Positions 47,961 to 58,161 of a stretch of DNA of 64,000 nt are shown piece after piece. The notes below the pieces were generated by a model. It saw nothing but the letters and a program-made list of their open reading frames with translations. It made no database searches and was not told where the DNA came from. This DNA comes from Clostridia bacterium (GTDB taxonomy: Bacteria; Bacillota; Clostridia; Oscillospirales; Acutalibacteraceae), in the NCBI GenBank assembly GCA_017935325.1, contig JAGBHV010000015.1, positions 12,191-76,190 of the forward strand, given 5' to 3'. Each line of letters begins with the position of its first letter. Position 1 is the stretch's first letter. The position numbers and the translations under genes are program-made.

Positions 47961-48846
47961 ATATACCTCCCATTCTGCTTTTTGTAAATTCAAGGAAGGA
48001 TTCGATTGTGCCCTTTTCTTTTTTTCTGACGATTAATCCTTTAATGAGAATTTTTTCTAATTCTTCAGGTGTGATATTACGCACAAGATTGCCTTTTTCT
48101 GCAACTGAAATAATACCTGTTTCTTCACTTGTAATTACAAGCAAAGCATCGCTCTGCTCACTCATTCCGATTGCAGCTCTGTGACGTGTGCCGAGTTCTT
48201 TGTTAACATTGTTATTCTGTGTAAGCGGCAAAATGCAACCTGCAGCGTGTATTCTGCCATCTCTTACAACCGCCGCACCGTCATGAAGGGGCGAATTCGG
48301 GAAGAAAACATTGCCGAACATCTGCTCTTTCGCTGCAGCATCAATAACAGTACCGGTTTTGATGATTTCTCCCAAAAGTGTTTTTCTTTCAAAAACAGTA
48401 AGCGAACCGATTTTATTTTCACTCATATTGGCAACAGATTTTACAAATTCAGATACAACAGTTCTGGTGTTAACGTCGCCTTCATCTTCATTGCCTTTGA
48501 CAAAGAACCTTTTTGCGAAGCTTTTGAAACCGTTTCTGCCCGCTGTTTCAAGGGCATGTCTGATTTCCGGGCTGAAAAGAATAATCAGCACAAGAATAAG
48601 ATTTGAGAACAAAGTTTTGAAGATATATTCACTGGCCTGCATATCAAGCAACATAATTACGCCGAATGCAACAAGAACAATAAGCAGACCTTTGATTAAT
48701 TGGAATGCTCTTGTATCTCGCAGAAGTTTTATCGCCTGATAAATTATGAACGCAACAAGAAGAATATCCAGCAAATCAGTAAACTCAAATGACAGAAATA
48801 CATTCCTCAGCTTTAATGCGTATTCAGAAACTGTTTCAAGAAACAT
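47944..48846 (-). CDS. cdaA: diadenylate cyclase CdaA
   Basis: 300 aa; three N-terminal TM helices; DAC-domain motifs GSLTVFERKT, SPLHDGAAVV, GTRHRAA. Confidence 0.93.
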   Translation of the reverse strand: MFLETVSEYALKLRNVFLSFEFTDLLDILLVAFIIYQAIKLLRDTRAFQLIKGLLIVLVAFGVIMLLDMQASEYIFKTLFSNLILVLIILFSPEIRHALETAGRNGFKSFAKRFFVKGNEDEGDVNTRTVVSEFVKSVANMSENKIGSLTVFERKTLLGEIIKTGTVIDAAAKEQMFGNVFFPNSPLHDGAAVVRDGRIHAAGCILPLTQNNNVNKELGTRHRAAIGMSEQSDALLVITSEETGIISVAEKGNLVRNITPEELEKILIKGLIVRKKEKGTIESFLEFTKSRMGGIYDEKK

Positions 48847-48891
48847 AACTGTTAACTCCTATATTTGTAAAATTACATATACTATATAATA

Positions 48892-50040
48892 TCACACTTT
48901 TTTTAATTTGGCAATTTTATTTAAAGAATTGATTAAATAATCTATATCTTTTTTTCTGTTAAAAGCCGAAACGGAAACCCGTGCAGTACCTACAGAGGAT
49001 GTTCTGTAATAATCATGAGCAAAAATATTGCAATGATAACCGCCCCTGACGGCTATACCGTTCTGAGCGAGATAAGACGCTGTCTCCTCACCTGTTAACC
49101 CTGACGTATTGAAAGACAATATGGGAACATATTTTCTGCTGTCAAATCCATTGTACAGAATAAATGAATCTGATTTAAGAAGATAATTAAAAAGATAATA
49201 AATCAACTCATTTTCATGTTCCCTGATATAATTTATTTTCTCACGTCTTACAAAATCAATACCTTTACCCAGAGCAATAATTCCCAGAGCATTCTGCGTC
49301 CCGCTTTCAAAACGGTCAGGCAAAAATGACGGCTGCAACAGATTTTTGCTCTCACTTCCCGTGCCGCCTTCAATTATTGTATCAGGCATACACTCCTCTG
49401 ATAAAACGAGAACACCTGTACCGACAGGGCCATAAAGACCTTTATGCCCCGGCATACACAAACACGATATATTATCACGCTTTACATCTATATCCAGAAC
49501 ACCAGCCGCCTGCGCCGCATCAACTATAAGAGGAATATTGTGCTTTTTTGCAAGCTTACCGATTTTTTCTATCGGCAGTATATCGCCGAAAACATTTGAC
49601 GCATAAGTGCATACAATAAAATCAGTGTTTGACTTTATTTTACGTTCAAAACTCTGAACGGTTTTATCATCATCCGAAAATACATTCGCTACATCAAAGC
49701 TGAAATCACCTGACTCCTGCAGTTTTTTCAGCGGTCGCATAACAGAATTGTGCTCAAGGCAGGACGTTACAGCGTGTCCGCCTTTTTTAGCAAGACCTTT
49801 TATTGCAAGATTAAGCGCATGAGTACAATTAATTGTAAACACTACGTTTTCTTCACTCTGTGCTGAAAACATTTCGGCAATCTTACTTCTTACTTTATAT
49901 ATCTCAAGAGCTGTTGAATTGCTCATTGAGTATCCGCCTCTGCCCGGATTAGCACCGTAAATTATCGGAGCAATCCTCAGCATTTCCCGAACAGATTCAG
50001 GTTTCGGATAAGTTGTGGCGCTATTATCAAGGTAAATCAT
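48892..50040 (-). CDS. class V aminotransferase / cysteine desulfurase-family protein
   Basis: 382 aa; IYLDNSATT start; PLP lysine in CMPGHKGLYGP; GYHC near the C-terminus. Confidence 0.85.
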   Translation of the reverse strand: MIYLDNSATTYPKPESVREMLRIAPIIYGANPGRGGYSMSNSTALEIYKVRSKIAEMFSAQSEENVVFTINCTHALNLAIKGLAKKGGHAVTSCLEHNSVMRPLKKLQESGDFSFDVANVFSDDDKTVQSFERKIKSNTDFIVCTYASNVFGDILPIEKIGKLAKKHNIPLIVDAAQAAGVLDIDVKRDNISCLCMPGHKGLYGPVGTGVLVLSEECMPDTIIEGGTGSESKNLLQPSFLPDRFESGTQNALGIIALGKGIDFVRREKINYIREHENELIYYLFNYLLKSDSFILYNGFDSRKYVPILSFNTSGLTGEETASYLAQNGIAVRGGYHCNIFAHDYYRTSSVGTARVSVSAFNRKKDIDYLINSLNKIAKLKKV

Positions 50041-50270
50041 AATTTATCACGGATTTCGCCGTAGCCTGATGTTCTGACATGATAGTTACGAAGAATTGCT
50101 TCGGCACGTGTAATGTCACCGTCAATTACAACAGAATAGCCGCAACTTTCTGACCTGCCCTGCTTTGACTTTCTTACCACCTGAGCCTTGAATCCGTTAG
50201 CATTGAGAACATCTTTTGCTTTTATGGCATGGGTTACGGAATTTACTTTAATATAATAGCCTTTACCCAT
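50037..50270 (-). CDS. DUF3343 (putative S/Se carrier-like) small protein
   Basis: 77 aa; pattern VNSVTHAIKAKDVLNANGFKAQVV....GCGYSVVI fits DUF3343. A 4-nt overlap couples it to the desulfurase gene. Confidence 0.6.
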   Translation of the reverse strand: MGKGYYIKVNSVTHAIKAKDVLNANGFKAQVVRKSKQGRSESCGYSVVIDGDITRAEAILRNYHVRTSGYGEIRDKL

Positions 50271-50333
50271 TTTCTCACCTCATTTCATAATAATATCACT
50301 ATCATAATATGAACAAGGAGAGAATTTGTCCTG

Positions 50334-50807
50334 TTATTTATTTTCTATAAGAACTACTGCGTGAGCAGAAATGCCTTTGCCCTCGCCTGTAAATCCCATT
50401 TTTTCTTCTGTGGTTGCTTTAACGCTTACCTGATTTATATTTATCTTACAACTTTCTGCAATATTAGCACGCATGGAATCAATAAAAGGTGAAAGTTTAG
50501 GACGTTGTGCAATAACAGTTGAATCTATATTTATAATCCTGTATCCGTTTTCATCAAGTTTTGATACAACAACTTCAAGAAGCTTTCTGCTGTCAGCACC
50601 GAGAAAACGCTCATCAGTATCAGGGAAAAGTTTACCTATATCGCCCATTGCAGCTGCACCTAAAAGTGCATCACTTATTGCATGCAGTAACACATCGGCA
50701 TCGGAATGGCCGAGCAAACCTTTTTCAAATTCTATTTCAACACCGCCGAGAATCAATTTTCTGTTTTCAGTTAATTTGTGTACATCGTATCCGTGACCTA
50801 TTCTCAT
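50334..50807 (-). CDS. ispF: 2-C-methyl-D-erythritol 2,4-cyclodiphosphate synthase
   Basis: 157 aa; [12 protein letters not shown] and [19 protein letters not shown] motifs. Confidence 0.95.
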   Translation of the reverse strand: MRIGHGYDVHKLTENRKLILGGVEIEFEKGLLGHSDADVLLHAISDALLGAAAMGDIGKLFPDTDERFLGADSRKLLEVVVSKLDENGYRIINIDSTVIAQRPKLSPFIDSMRANIAESCKININQVSVKATTEEKMGFTGEGKGISAHAVVLIENK

Positions 50808-51397
50808 AAACTTCCTTCAATCTCCTTTACTGTATTTTTATATTCTTCCTTCGTCATAAAAACATTTAACATCTGCACAAGCGAATTAGTAGAAAGTTTT
50901 GACGGAAGAGAAACCTTATCAAGTAAAAGCTTTCTTTTCACAGTGCAGTTATCTTTACCGAAGAAACCATCTTCATATAAATCAAGTTTTGTTATCTTTT
51001 CCTGATTCAATTCAGATTTTTCCGTAATTACCCCTGCTCTTTCAAGGCATTTTACAATTACATCATTCGGCACACCTTCAACACCGAGCAGACCTTCCGA
51101 GGAAGCCTGTGTTTTTCTTTTTTCTTTACCGAACAATTCAGGGATATACGCATGCTTTATGTATTCTTTTTTTATGCTGCCGCCAAGAAAAGAGCGAATC
51201 ATCAACCCAGCCGAATCGCTGTCAGTAAGAATTAAAATTCCTCGTTTTTCAGCTAAACTTCTGATGAATTTCTGTTTTTCTTTATCTTTGAATATTCCGA
51301 ATCCGTCTGTGGTGACAATCGGTGCATCAAGAATTGATGACAATTTGATTTTATCGTATTTGCCTTCCACAATTACTGCTTCTTTTATTTTTATCAT
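50804..51397 (-). CDS. Toprim-domain protein (RNase M5-like / YusF-DUF4093 type)
   Basis: 197 aa; [13 protein letters not shown] and ILTDSDSAG Toprim acidic motifs. I cannot assign it to true rnmV or to the DUF4093 group by eye. Confidence 0.65.
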   Translation of the reverse strand: MIKIKEAVIVEGKYDKIKLSSILDAPIVTTDGFGIFKDKEKQKFIRSLAEKRGILILTDSDSAGLMIRSFLGGSIKKEYIKHAYIPELFGKEKRKTQASSEGLLGVEGVPNDVIVKCLERAGVITEKSELNQEKITKLDLYEDGFFGKDNCTVKRKLLLDKVSLPSKLSTNSLVQMLNVFMTKEEYKNTVKEIEGSL

Positions 51398-52452
51398 TAT
51401 ACAGTTACCCTTTCACCATTTGCGGCTAAAATGAGTTTTACTATTGTTTCTTCAAGAATAAGTGACTTGTTTACAGCTGAACTTTTAAGCCTTGTATCTG
51501 CAACGGCAAGAATATCAAGACAAACTCTTATAGCTGAAATATCTATTTTTGATGCATCTCTTGCGGCATTTGTAAGGCGGAAAGATTTATTCTGATAATT
51601 ATAATATTTAGCCGCACCGTCCGCTTTTTCGCCTGATGCAAGAAAAACCTTTGCTCTGTAAATATCAACATATGCATTAATCAACTGACTATTGATGTTA
51701 ACAGGCTCTTCTTTTTGAGAAAGAAGCGTTCTGAGAACCTCAAATGCTTTTTCATTTCTGCCCTGGACAATATCGGTTGCGAGGTCAAAAACCCGTGCAG
51801 AAACGGAACGTACCGCCAGGGATTCAATATGTTGCTTTGTAATTTCACTCTTATCAGCAAAGAAACAAAGCTTTTCAAGCTCATTGAGGAGATTATTCAT
51901 ATCATCTCCCACAAGATTTATAAGGTATTCTGCATTCTGCGATGATAAAGCACAACCTCTTTTATTTGCTCCTGAAACCAAAAGCTTAACAAGCGCAGAA
52001 CGCGTTTTTTTATCAAGAGCAATACAACTGCCGTACTTATTCATCATTGTAAGCGTTTTTTTCCATTTATCGTTTTTCTTTGCATCAACTTCAATATTCT
52101 GCATCCAGAAAACGAGAATGGTAGTATCCGGAATGTCGGAAATTATTTCTTCAATCTGCTTTCTGTCTTCTTCATTAGCTTTATCAAACTTATAATCCTT
52201 CACAACAACGCAGCAATGCTCATCCATCATCGGAAGTGATTCACAGCACGATGCAACGTCATTGAGCAACACATCTTCACCATCGAAAACATGAAGATTG
52301 AACATCGAGAAATCTTTATTAACAGATTTCTCAATGATTTTACCTGCATAAAATTCTTTCAGATACGGCTCGTTTCCGTAAATGAAATAGAGGTTTGAAA
52401 ACTCATTGTTTTTAATATGAAGTTTTATATCATTTTCAAAAATTTCAGGCAT
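51397..52452 (-). CDS. holA: DNA polymerase III delta subunit
   Basis: 351 aa; LYFIYGNEPYL N-terminus; position downstream of comEC as in Bacillus. Confidence 0.85.
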   Translation of the reverse strand: MPEIFENDIKLHIKNNEFSNLYFIYGNEPYLKEFYAGKIIEKSVNKDFSMFNLHVFDGEDVLLNDVASCCESLPMMDEHCCVVVKDYKFDKANEEDRKQIEEIISDIPDTTILVFWMQNIEVDAKKNDKWKKTLTMMNKYGSCIALDKKTRSALVKLLVSGANKRGCALSSQNAEYLINLVGDDMNNLLNELEKLCFFADKSEITKQHIESLAVRSVSARVFDLATDIVQGRNEKAFEVLRTLLSQKEEPVNINSQLINAYVDIYRAKVFLASGEKADGAAKYYNYQNKSFRLTNAARDASKIDISAIRVCLDILAVADTRLKSSAVNKSLILEETIVKLILAANGERVTV

Positions 52453-52463
52453 AAGTCTGCTCC

Positions 52464-54638
52464 TTAAAATCTGATTGCTTTTATATAAGTCGAGTCATTT
52501 TCGGTAAAGTGGATATTCTTTGCACTTGCAGGCACAGAAGTGCAATACGAAGATGAAACAATATATTCATCCGTAGATGAAAAATCAGTTTTATATGTGT
52601 TCGGATACATTGTAACATAAATATCGGGGTTAATACAACCATGTGGCAAAGATTCTTCCTTTAAACTGCCATAAAAATTTATTAAAACTCTTGTATCACC
52701 GATAACAGCAAGCGCATATGAGCAATTTTTTTCGGTATAATAATCAATTTTTAATTTACCAAGAAAATAATCAGCTTTTACATAATCTGCAGATGTACTA
52801 TCCGATGAAATAAATGAGAACTTATATTCCGATGAAGTTACAACGGATTCAATATTGATTTCATCTTTCAAATATCTTGCACGGTTTACAATTCGGGCGG
52901 AATTATCAACAGGCAGATAAAGTGCTTTAATCTGAGTAACATTTCTTGTTTCAAGATAATCAGTAATGTTTCTGATTGCCGAATAATCGCCTCCGCAACC
53001 GAGAAGCACAGCTTCCTCATTATTTGTAAAAGCAACACACATTCCGTTACCCACGTCAATCACTGACATTTCCACAAAATTATTTTTATACACCGCAGGA
53101 ATAAGGTTGGAAATAAGCATTATCGGCACAAGAAAAATTGCAAACAGTGCCATTTTTCTTTTCTGCGAAGAATTAATAAAAACAAGCAGAAATATCACCA
53201 AGCCTACAAGCATCAGCAATATGTAATTTTCGATTGTTGTGACATTTCTGTAAAAATCTTCGAAATATGAAAGCTTATCGATTATATGTAAAATCAAGCG
53301 TGATGACAGAATTGATGTGCCAAAAATAATTTTCGTAAATATAAAATCAGGCAGAATGGTGAGCAATATTGCGCCTGTACCACCTGAAACCATAGAAAGC
53401 GTTGTAAAAATTGAAATAAAAAAGTTTGCAACTAAGCTTAAATAAGAAAAATCAAAATTATAAAGAACAGCTACCGGGAAAGCGAAAATCTGCGCAGAGA
53501 GCGACACAAGCACCGCAGATGCCACATAATATAAAACTTTCCGCACTATCTTCGGCTTTAAGAGAGAAATAAAATTTTTTACTTTATTGTGAACATACTC
53601 ATTCATCAGCAGAATTCCGAAAACAGATGCAAAGGAAAATACGGTACCTACATTATAAACAGAAAACGGGTCTACTACTGTAAGGACAAGTGCGGAAATT
53701 CCGAGAGTATTCAGTGAATCAGGTTTTTCACTGAAAATTATTGCCGTGTAGTTGAGAATCATCATTACTCCTGCCCTGACAACTGACGGAGTAAATCCCG
53801 TAAAAGCCATAAACAATAACAAAAACAAGATTGAAATTAACGATGTATATTTCCTTGAGAAAAACCTTTTAAGAAGTTTATAAAGAAAACCTGACCATAT
53901 AGCAACATGAAGCCCTGATACAACAAGAATATGTGAAGTACCGGTCACTCTGAATTTATGCAGCATTTCATCACTGAGTAAATCCTTTTCACCGAAAGCA
54001 ATACCTGCTATAAAACCTCCGATATCGTTGGGAAGCAGATTATAAACTGCATCAACCAGCTTATACTTATATGACAGAAGATAATACATTAAAGGTTTCG
54101 ATTGATTCTCATAAACTTTAAGTGAATTGCCGACACAAGAACCGACAAGAACTATTTTTTCTGATTTAAAAGAAGTAAGCACACCATCATCAAGTCCGTC
54201 AACATTATAAAGATTTGCTTTTAATTTCACTTTATTATAAAGCGTTGCATTCTCAGGCACAGACAAAGATTTTACGCGGATTCTCATTGAAACATCATTA
54301 TCATTCACTTTATCTGTTTCAATATAAAGCAAGTAATTTTCTCCGTTAAAATGCGGTCTTTTATATAACACACCCTCAACTGCAACTTCTTTTCCTGAAA
54401 AATATTCTTCTTTAGTTGTAAAATTCCTTTCCGATATAAAGAAAATCATACTTGCACATAAAACTGCAGAAGTAATTATTGCGAAAAATCTGATTTTCTT
54501 TCTTCTGAGAAAAACAAAAAAGACCGCAACAAGAAATACAGGCAGAATGTACAATGATTTTTCAAAACCAAATCGCGATAAAACGACCATTGTCAAGAAA
54601 AATATTGCGCCTATAAAACCAAGCGGTCTTTTTTCCAT
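52464..54638 (-). CDS. comEC: DNA internalisation competence protein ComEC/Rec2
   Basis: 724 aa; polytopic competence domain (GTSHILVVSGLHV); C-terminal metallo-beta-lactamase-like part (SVIDVGNGMC). Confidence 0.88.
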   Translation of the reverse strand: MEKRPLGFIGAIFFLTMVVLSRFGFEKSLYILPVFLVAVFFVFLRRKKIRFFAIITSAVLCASMIFFISERNFTTKEEYFSGKEVAVEGVLYKRPHFNGENYLLYIETDKVNDNDVSMRIRVKSLSVPENATLYNKVKLKANLYNVDGLDDGVLTSFKSEKIVLVGSCVGNSLKVYENQSKPLMYYLLSYKYKLVDAVYNLLPNDIGGFIAGIAFGEKDLLSDEMLHKFRVTGTSHILVVSGLHVAIWSGFLYKLLKRFFSRKYTSLISILFLLLFMAFTGFTPSVVRAGVMMILNYTAIIFSEKPDSLNTLGISALVLTVVDPFSVYNVGTVFSFASVFGILLMNEYVHNKVKNFISLLKPKIVRKVLYYVASAVLVSLSAQIFAFPVAVLYNFDFSYLSLVANFFISIFTTLSMVSGGTGAILLTILPDFIFTKIIFGTSILSSRLILHIIDKLSYFEDFYRNVTTIENYILLMLVGLVIFLLVFINSSQKRKMALFAIFLVPIMLISNLIPAVYKNNFVEMSVIDVGNGMCVAFTNNEEAVLLGCGGDYSAIRNITDYLETRNVTQIKALYLPVDNSARIVNRARYLKDEINIESVVTSSEYKFSFISSDSTSADYVKADYFLGKLKIDYYTEKNCSYALAVIGDTRVLINFYGSLKEESLPHGCINPDIYVTMYPNTYKTDFSSTDEYIVSSSYCTSVPASAKNIHFTENDSTYIKAIRF

Positions 54639-54668
54639 TTAATTTCAGCTCCGATAAACTAATTTGAA

Positions 54669-55010
54669 TCAGCCTGCAGGCCAGGTAAAGTTTCTTCCGC
54701 CCATAAGATGGAAATGAAGATGTTTTACTGTCTGTCCGCCTGCTTCACCAATGTTAGTGACGATTCTGTAACCGTCAGCAGACAAATTGTTTTCTTTAGC
54801 CAATTTTGCTGCAACTTCAAAAATGTGAGCTACAACTGCACTGTTTTCTGCTGTAATTTCGTCAGCAGATTTAATATGTTCTTTCGGGATTATGAGAATA
54901 TGAACAGGTGCCTGAGGGTCAATATCGTGAAAAGCATAAACAAGCTCATCTTCATATGCTTTTTTTGAGGGAATTTCACCTGCTATAATTTTACAAAACA
55001 AACAATCCAT
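54669..55010 (-). CDS. HIT-family nucleotide hydrolase/transferase
   Basis: 113 aa; CLFCKIIAGEIP and histidine triad HLHFHLMGG. Confidence 0.93.
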   Translation of the reverse strand: MDCLFCKIIAGEIPSKKAYEDELVYAFHDIDPQAPVHILIIPKEHIKSADEITAENSAVVAHIFEVAAKLAKENNLSADGYRIVTNIGEAGGQTVKHLHFHLMGGRNFTWPAG

Positions 55011-55022
55011 TGTTATTCTCCT

Positions 55023-57662
55023 TTATTTTGCCATTGAAGTAACAATTGCTTCAACACCTGCAATTGCTTCTTCTGCTTTTGAGATATCTTTACCGCCTGC
55101 CATTGCGAAATCAGGACGTCCGCCGCCTGAACCGCCTGCAAGGCGAGCTACTTCACGAACAATGTTACCTGCGTTCATACCTTTTGCAATTGCACCTTTA
55201 GCACATCCGCAAGCAAAATTAATGTTGCCTTTTTCTTTATTCTTGTTACCGATAACAATAACTGCATCTTCACTTGTATCACGAAGTGCTTCACACATTG
55301 AGCGAAGGTCATCAGCTGACATATCTTCTGCGATAGTTGCAATAAGCTTAACACCTGCAACGTCCTTAGCTGACGATGAAAGGCTGTCAGCTTTAATAGA
55401 GGAAAGCTCAGATGAAAGTCTGTCAATTTCTCTTTCTTTATCTTTCATTTCTGACATAACACTTTCAGCACGTTTATCAAGGTCATTGACATTTGCAAGT
55501 TTGAGAGTCTGTGCAGTATTTGCAATAAGAGCAAGTTTCTTTGTGATAAAATCAAGAACACCGTTACCTGTTACAGCTTCGATACGTCTTACACCTGCTG
55601 CAACTGAAGATTCACTTACAATCTTGAAAAGACCAAGGTTGCCGGTAGATGAAACATGAGTACCGCCGCAGAGTTCTGTTGAATACTCACCTGCTCTTAC
55701 AACTCTTACAACATCGCCGTATTTTTCGCCGAACAATGCCATAGCACCGATTTTCTTTGCTTCTTCAATAGGCATTTCTGTCATTGAAACTTCTGCTGCT
55801 GAAAGAATTTCTTCATTTACAAGCTTTTCAACCTCTGCAATTTCTTCAGCTGTAAGTGCTGAGAAATGAGTAAAGTCAAAACGAACTGCATCTTTGTTTA
55901 CAAGCTGACCTGCCTGCTCAACATGAGTGCCGAGTGTTTTTCTCAAAGCTGCCTGAAGAAGATGAGCTGCTGTATGGTTACGCATTATTGAAAGTCTTTC
56001 ATCTTTATTGATAACTGCGTTCACTTTATCGCCAAGTTTAATTCCGTCGCCTTCAACAATTGAACCGTAATGAAGAAATACACCATCGTGTGTTTTCTTT
56101 GTGTCAACAACTTCAAAAACAGTTTCGCCAAGTGAAATTACACCTGTGTCGCCAACCTGACCGCCGCTTTCAGCATAAAATGAAGTTTTATCAAGTACAA
56201 GTACAGCTTCCTCGCCGTTTTCGATAAATTCTTTTCTTTCGCCTGCAGAAATAAGAGCTATAACTTCCGCGTCATTTTCAAACTCTGTATAACCAACGAA
56301 ATCTGTTGCGGGAATTCCTTTTGTTACAACACCGCTGTCTTTCCATGCTTCTGCACCTGCATCTTTACGGGCGTCTCTTGAACGGTTTCTCTGTTCAAGA
56401 ACAAGTTCCTTGAACTTATCTTCATCAACGCTCATACCTTTTTCTTCAAGAATTTCTTTTGTAAGGTCGATGGGGAAACCATAAGTATCTGAAAGCTTGA
56501 ATGCATCTTCACCTGAAAGAACATTGTTTTCGGTGTTTTCAATCATGGTGTTAAGAAGCTGCATACCTGAGTCAATTGTTTTGTTGAAGTTTTCTTCTTC
56601 AATCTTAATAATTTTAACGATGAAATCACGTTTTTCAACAAGGTTGGGATATGCTGATTCATTTTCTTTAATTACAGTATCACAAACTTCATAAAGGAAG
56701 GGTTTGTCAATACCGATAAGTTTGCCGTGTCTTGCAGCACGTCTGAGAAGACGGCGGAGAACATAGCCTTTACCTTCGTTTGAAGGCATAACACCGTCAC
56801 CGATCATAAATGTTGTTGAACGGATGTGGTCTGTAATAACACGAAGTGAAATATCAGTTTTTTCATTATCGTGATATTTGATTTTTGAAATCTCCATAAT
56901 GTGCTTCATAATATTCTGCACTGTGTCAACCTCAAAGAGATTGTCAACGTCCTGCATTACGCAAGCAAGTCTTTCAAGACCCATACCTGTGTCAATATTG
57001 CAACGGTCAAGTTTTGAGTAATTACCTTCACCGTCATTTGAGAACTGTGTGAAAACAAGATTCCATACTTCAATAAATCTGTCACACTCACAGCCCACCG
57101 CACAGTCAGGTGAACCGCAGCCGTGTTTTTCACCACGGTCAAAATAGATTTCAGAGCAAGGACCGCAAGGACCTGCACCATGCTCCCAGAAGTTGTCTTC
57201 TTTACCGAGTCTTACGATATGGCTGGGGTCAACTCCCACTTTCTGTGTCCAGATATCAAAAGCTTCATCGTCTTCTTCATAGATACTGCAGTAGAGTTTT
57301 TCCTCGGGGATTTCAAGAACTTTTGTGAAGAATTCCCATGCCCATGCAGTAGCTTCATTTTTGAAATAATCGCCGAATGAGAAGTTACCGAGCATTTCAA
57401 AATATGTACCGTGTCTTGCTGTTTTACCAACACGCTCGATATCAGGTGTTCTGATACACTTCTGGCAAGTTGTAACGCGGTTTCTCGGCGGTGTAACTTC
57501 GCCTGTAAAATATTTCTTCATAGGTGCCATACCTGAGTTGATAAGAAGAAGGCTCTTATCACCCTGAGGTACAAGTGAGAATGAAGGCAAACGAAGATGA
57601 CCTTTGCTTTCAAAAAATGCGAGATATTTCTCACGAAGTTCATTAAGACCTGTCCATTTCAT
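55023..57662 (-). CDS. alaS: alanine--tRNA ligase
   Basis: 879 aa; FEMLGNFSFGDYFK class II motif; editing-domain HTAAHLL and CGGTHV; AAGGAG SD. Confidence 0.97.
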   Translation of the reverse strand: MKWTGLNELREKYLAFFESKGHLRLPSFSLVPQGDKSLLLINSGMAPMKKYFTGEVTPPRNRVTTCQKCIRTPDIERVGKTARHGTYFEMLGNFSFGDYFKNEATAWAWEFFTKVLEIPEEKLYCSIYEEDDEAFDIWTQKVGVDPSHIVRLGKEDNFWEHGAGPCGPCSEIYFDRGEKHGCGSPDCAVGCECDRFIEVWNLVFTQFSNDGEGNYSKLDRCNIDTGMGLERLACVMQDVDNLFEVDTVQNIMKHIMEISKIKYHDNEKTDISLRVITDHIRSTTFMIGDGVMPSNEGKGYVLRRLLRRAARHGKLIGIDKPFLYEVCDTVIKENESAYPNLVEKRDFIVKIIKIEEENFNKTIDSGMQLLNTMIENTENNVLSGEDAFKLSDTYGFPIDLTKEILEEKGMSVDEDKFKELVLEQRNRSRDARKDAGAEAWKDSGVVTKGIPATDFVGYTEFENDAEVIALISAGERKEFIENGEEAVLVLDKTSFYAESGGQVGDTGVISLGETVFEVVDTKKTHDGVFLHYGSIVEGDGIKLGDKVNAVINKDERLSIMRNHTAAHLLQAALRKTLGTHVEQAGQLVNKDAVRFDFTHFSALTAEEIAEVEKLVNEEILSAAEVSMTEMPIEEAKKIGAMALFGEKYGDVVRVVRAGEYSTELCGGTHVSSTGNLGLFKIVSESSVAAGVRRIEAVTGNGVLDFITKKLALIANTAQTLKLANVNDLDKRAESVMSEMKDKEREIDRLSSELSSIKADSLSSSAKDVAGVKLIATIAEDMSADDLRSMCEALRDTSEDAVIVIGNKNKEKGNINFACGCAKGAIAKGMNAGNIVREVARLAGGSGGGRPDFAMAGGKDISKAEEAIAGVEAIVTSMAK

Positions 57663-57689
57663 AATTTTTACTCCTTAATATATATTCTG

Positions 57690-57967
57690 AAAATTTTAAA
57701 CAAAAAAAATAAATGCCTCATGCACACAGAAAAGGATACAAAATCCCCTTCTGACCAATCGGGACAAGACATATGTCCTGCGGTACCACCCGAATTGTGC
57801 AAAAAGCACCACTCAATTTATCCTTAACGCAGATTTACGATGCTGTTCATCACAGCACAGCTCAGAGTCGGCATCTTTTTTACGATTACGCAAAACCCTT
57901 TCAGCCACGGGGCTTTTCTCTGTCGGCGCTCAATAAAAAATTAAACTCGTCACGGCTTTTAACATAT
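57690..57967 (-). promoter_or_regulatory. T-box leader (riboswitch) controlling alaS
   Basis: The minus strand carries the conserved T-box AATTCGGGTGGTACCGCAG (57778-57796) about 115 nt upstream of alaS. An AGAGA element lies near the 5' end. A strong hairpin sits at 57727-57753 and a U8 tract at 57702-57709. Its own promoter is at 57975-58003. Confidence 0.75.
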
Positions 57968-57974
57968 TGGATTA

Positions 57975-58003
57975 ATTATATAACAATCTTATCTTTTAGT
58001 CAA
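57975..58003 (-). promoter_or_regulatory. sigma-A promoter of the alaS T-box leader
   Basis: Minus strand: TTGACT (57998-58003), 17 nt spacer, TATAAT (57975-57980). Confidence 0.7.
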
Positions 58004-58041
58004 GTTTTTATAAAAAATTATACTTTTTAATTTTTATGTCA

Positions 58042-58070
58042 TTGTATTAAATAATACTTTGTTTTATAAT
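58042..58070 (+). promoter_or_regulatory. candidate sigma-A promoter of the lipase gene
   Basis: TTGTAT (58042-58047), 17 nt spacer, TATAAT (58065-58070). Confidence 0.55.
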
Positions 58071-58161
58071 GTAAACAAATGTATAAATATATCTTTAACT
58101 AAAGATTAACACTTTTTAAACATAAACAGTATAAACTTTAAAAAGGAAAGGTTGTGAAAAC

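Noticed and set aside
57597-58030. ORFs 57597-57827 and 57773-58030 (76 and 85 aa) upstream of alaS.
   Set aside because: They lie antisense to or across the T-box leader and its promoter, lack SD sequences and have low-complexity translations. The region is better explained as regulatory RNA.
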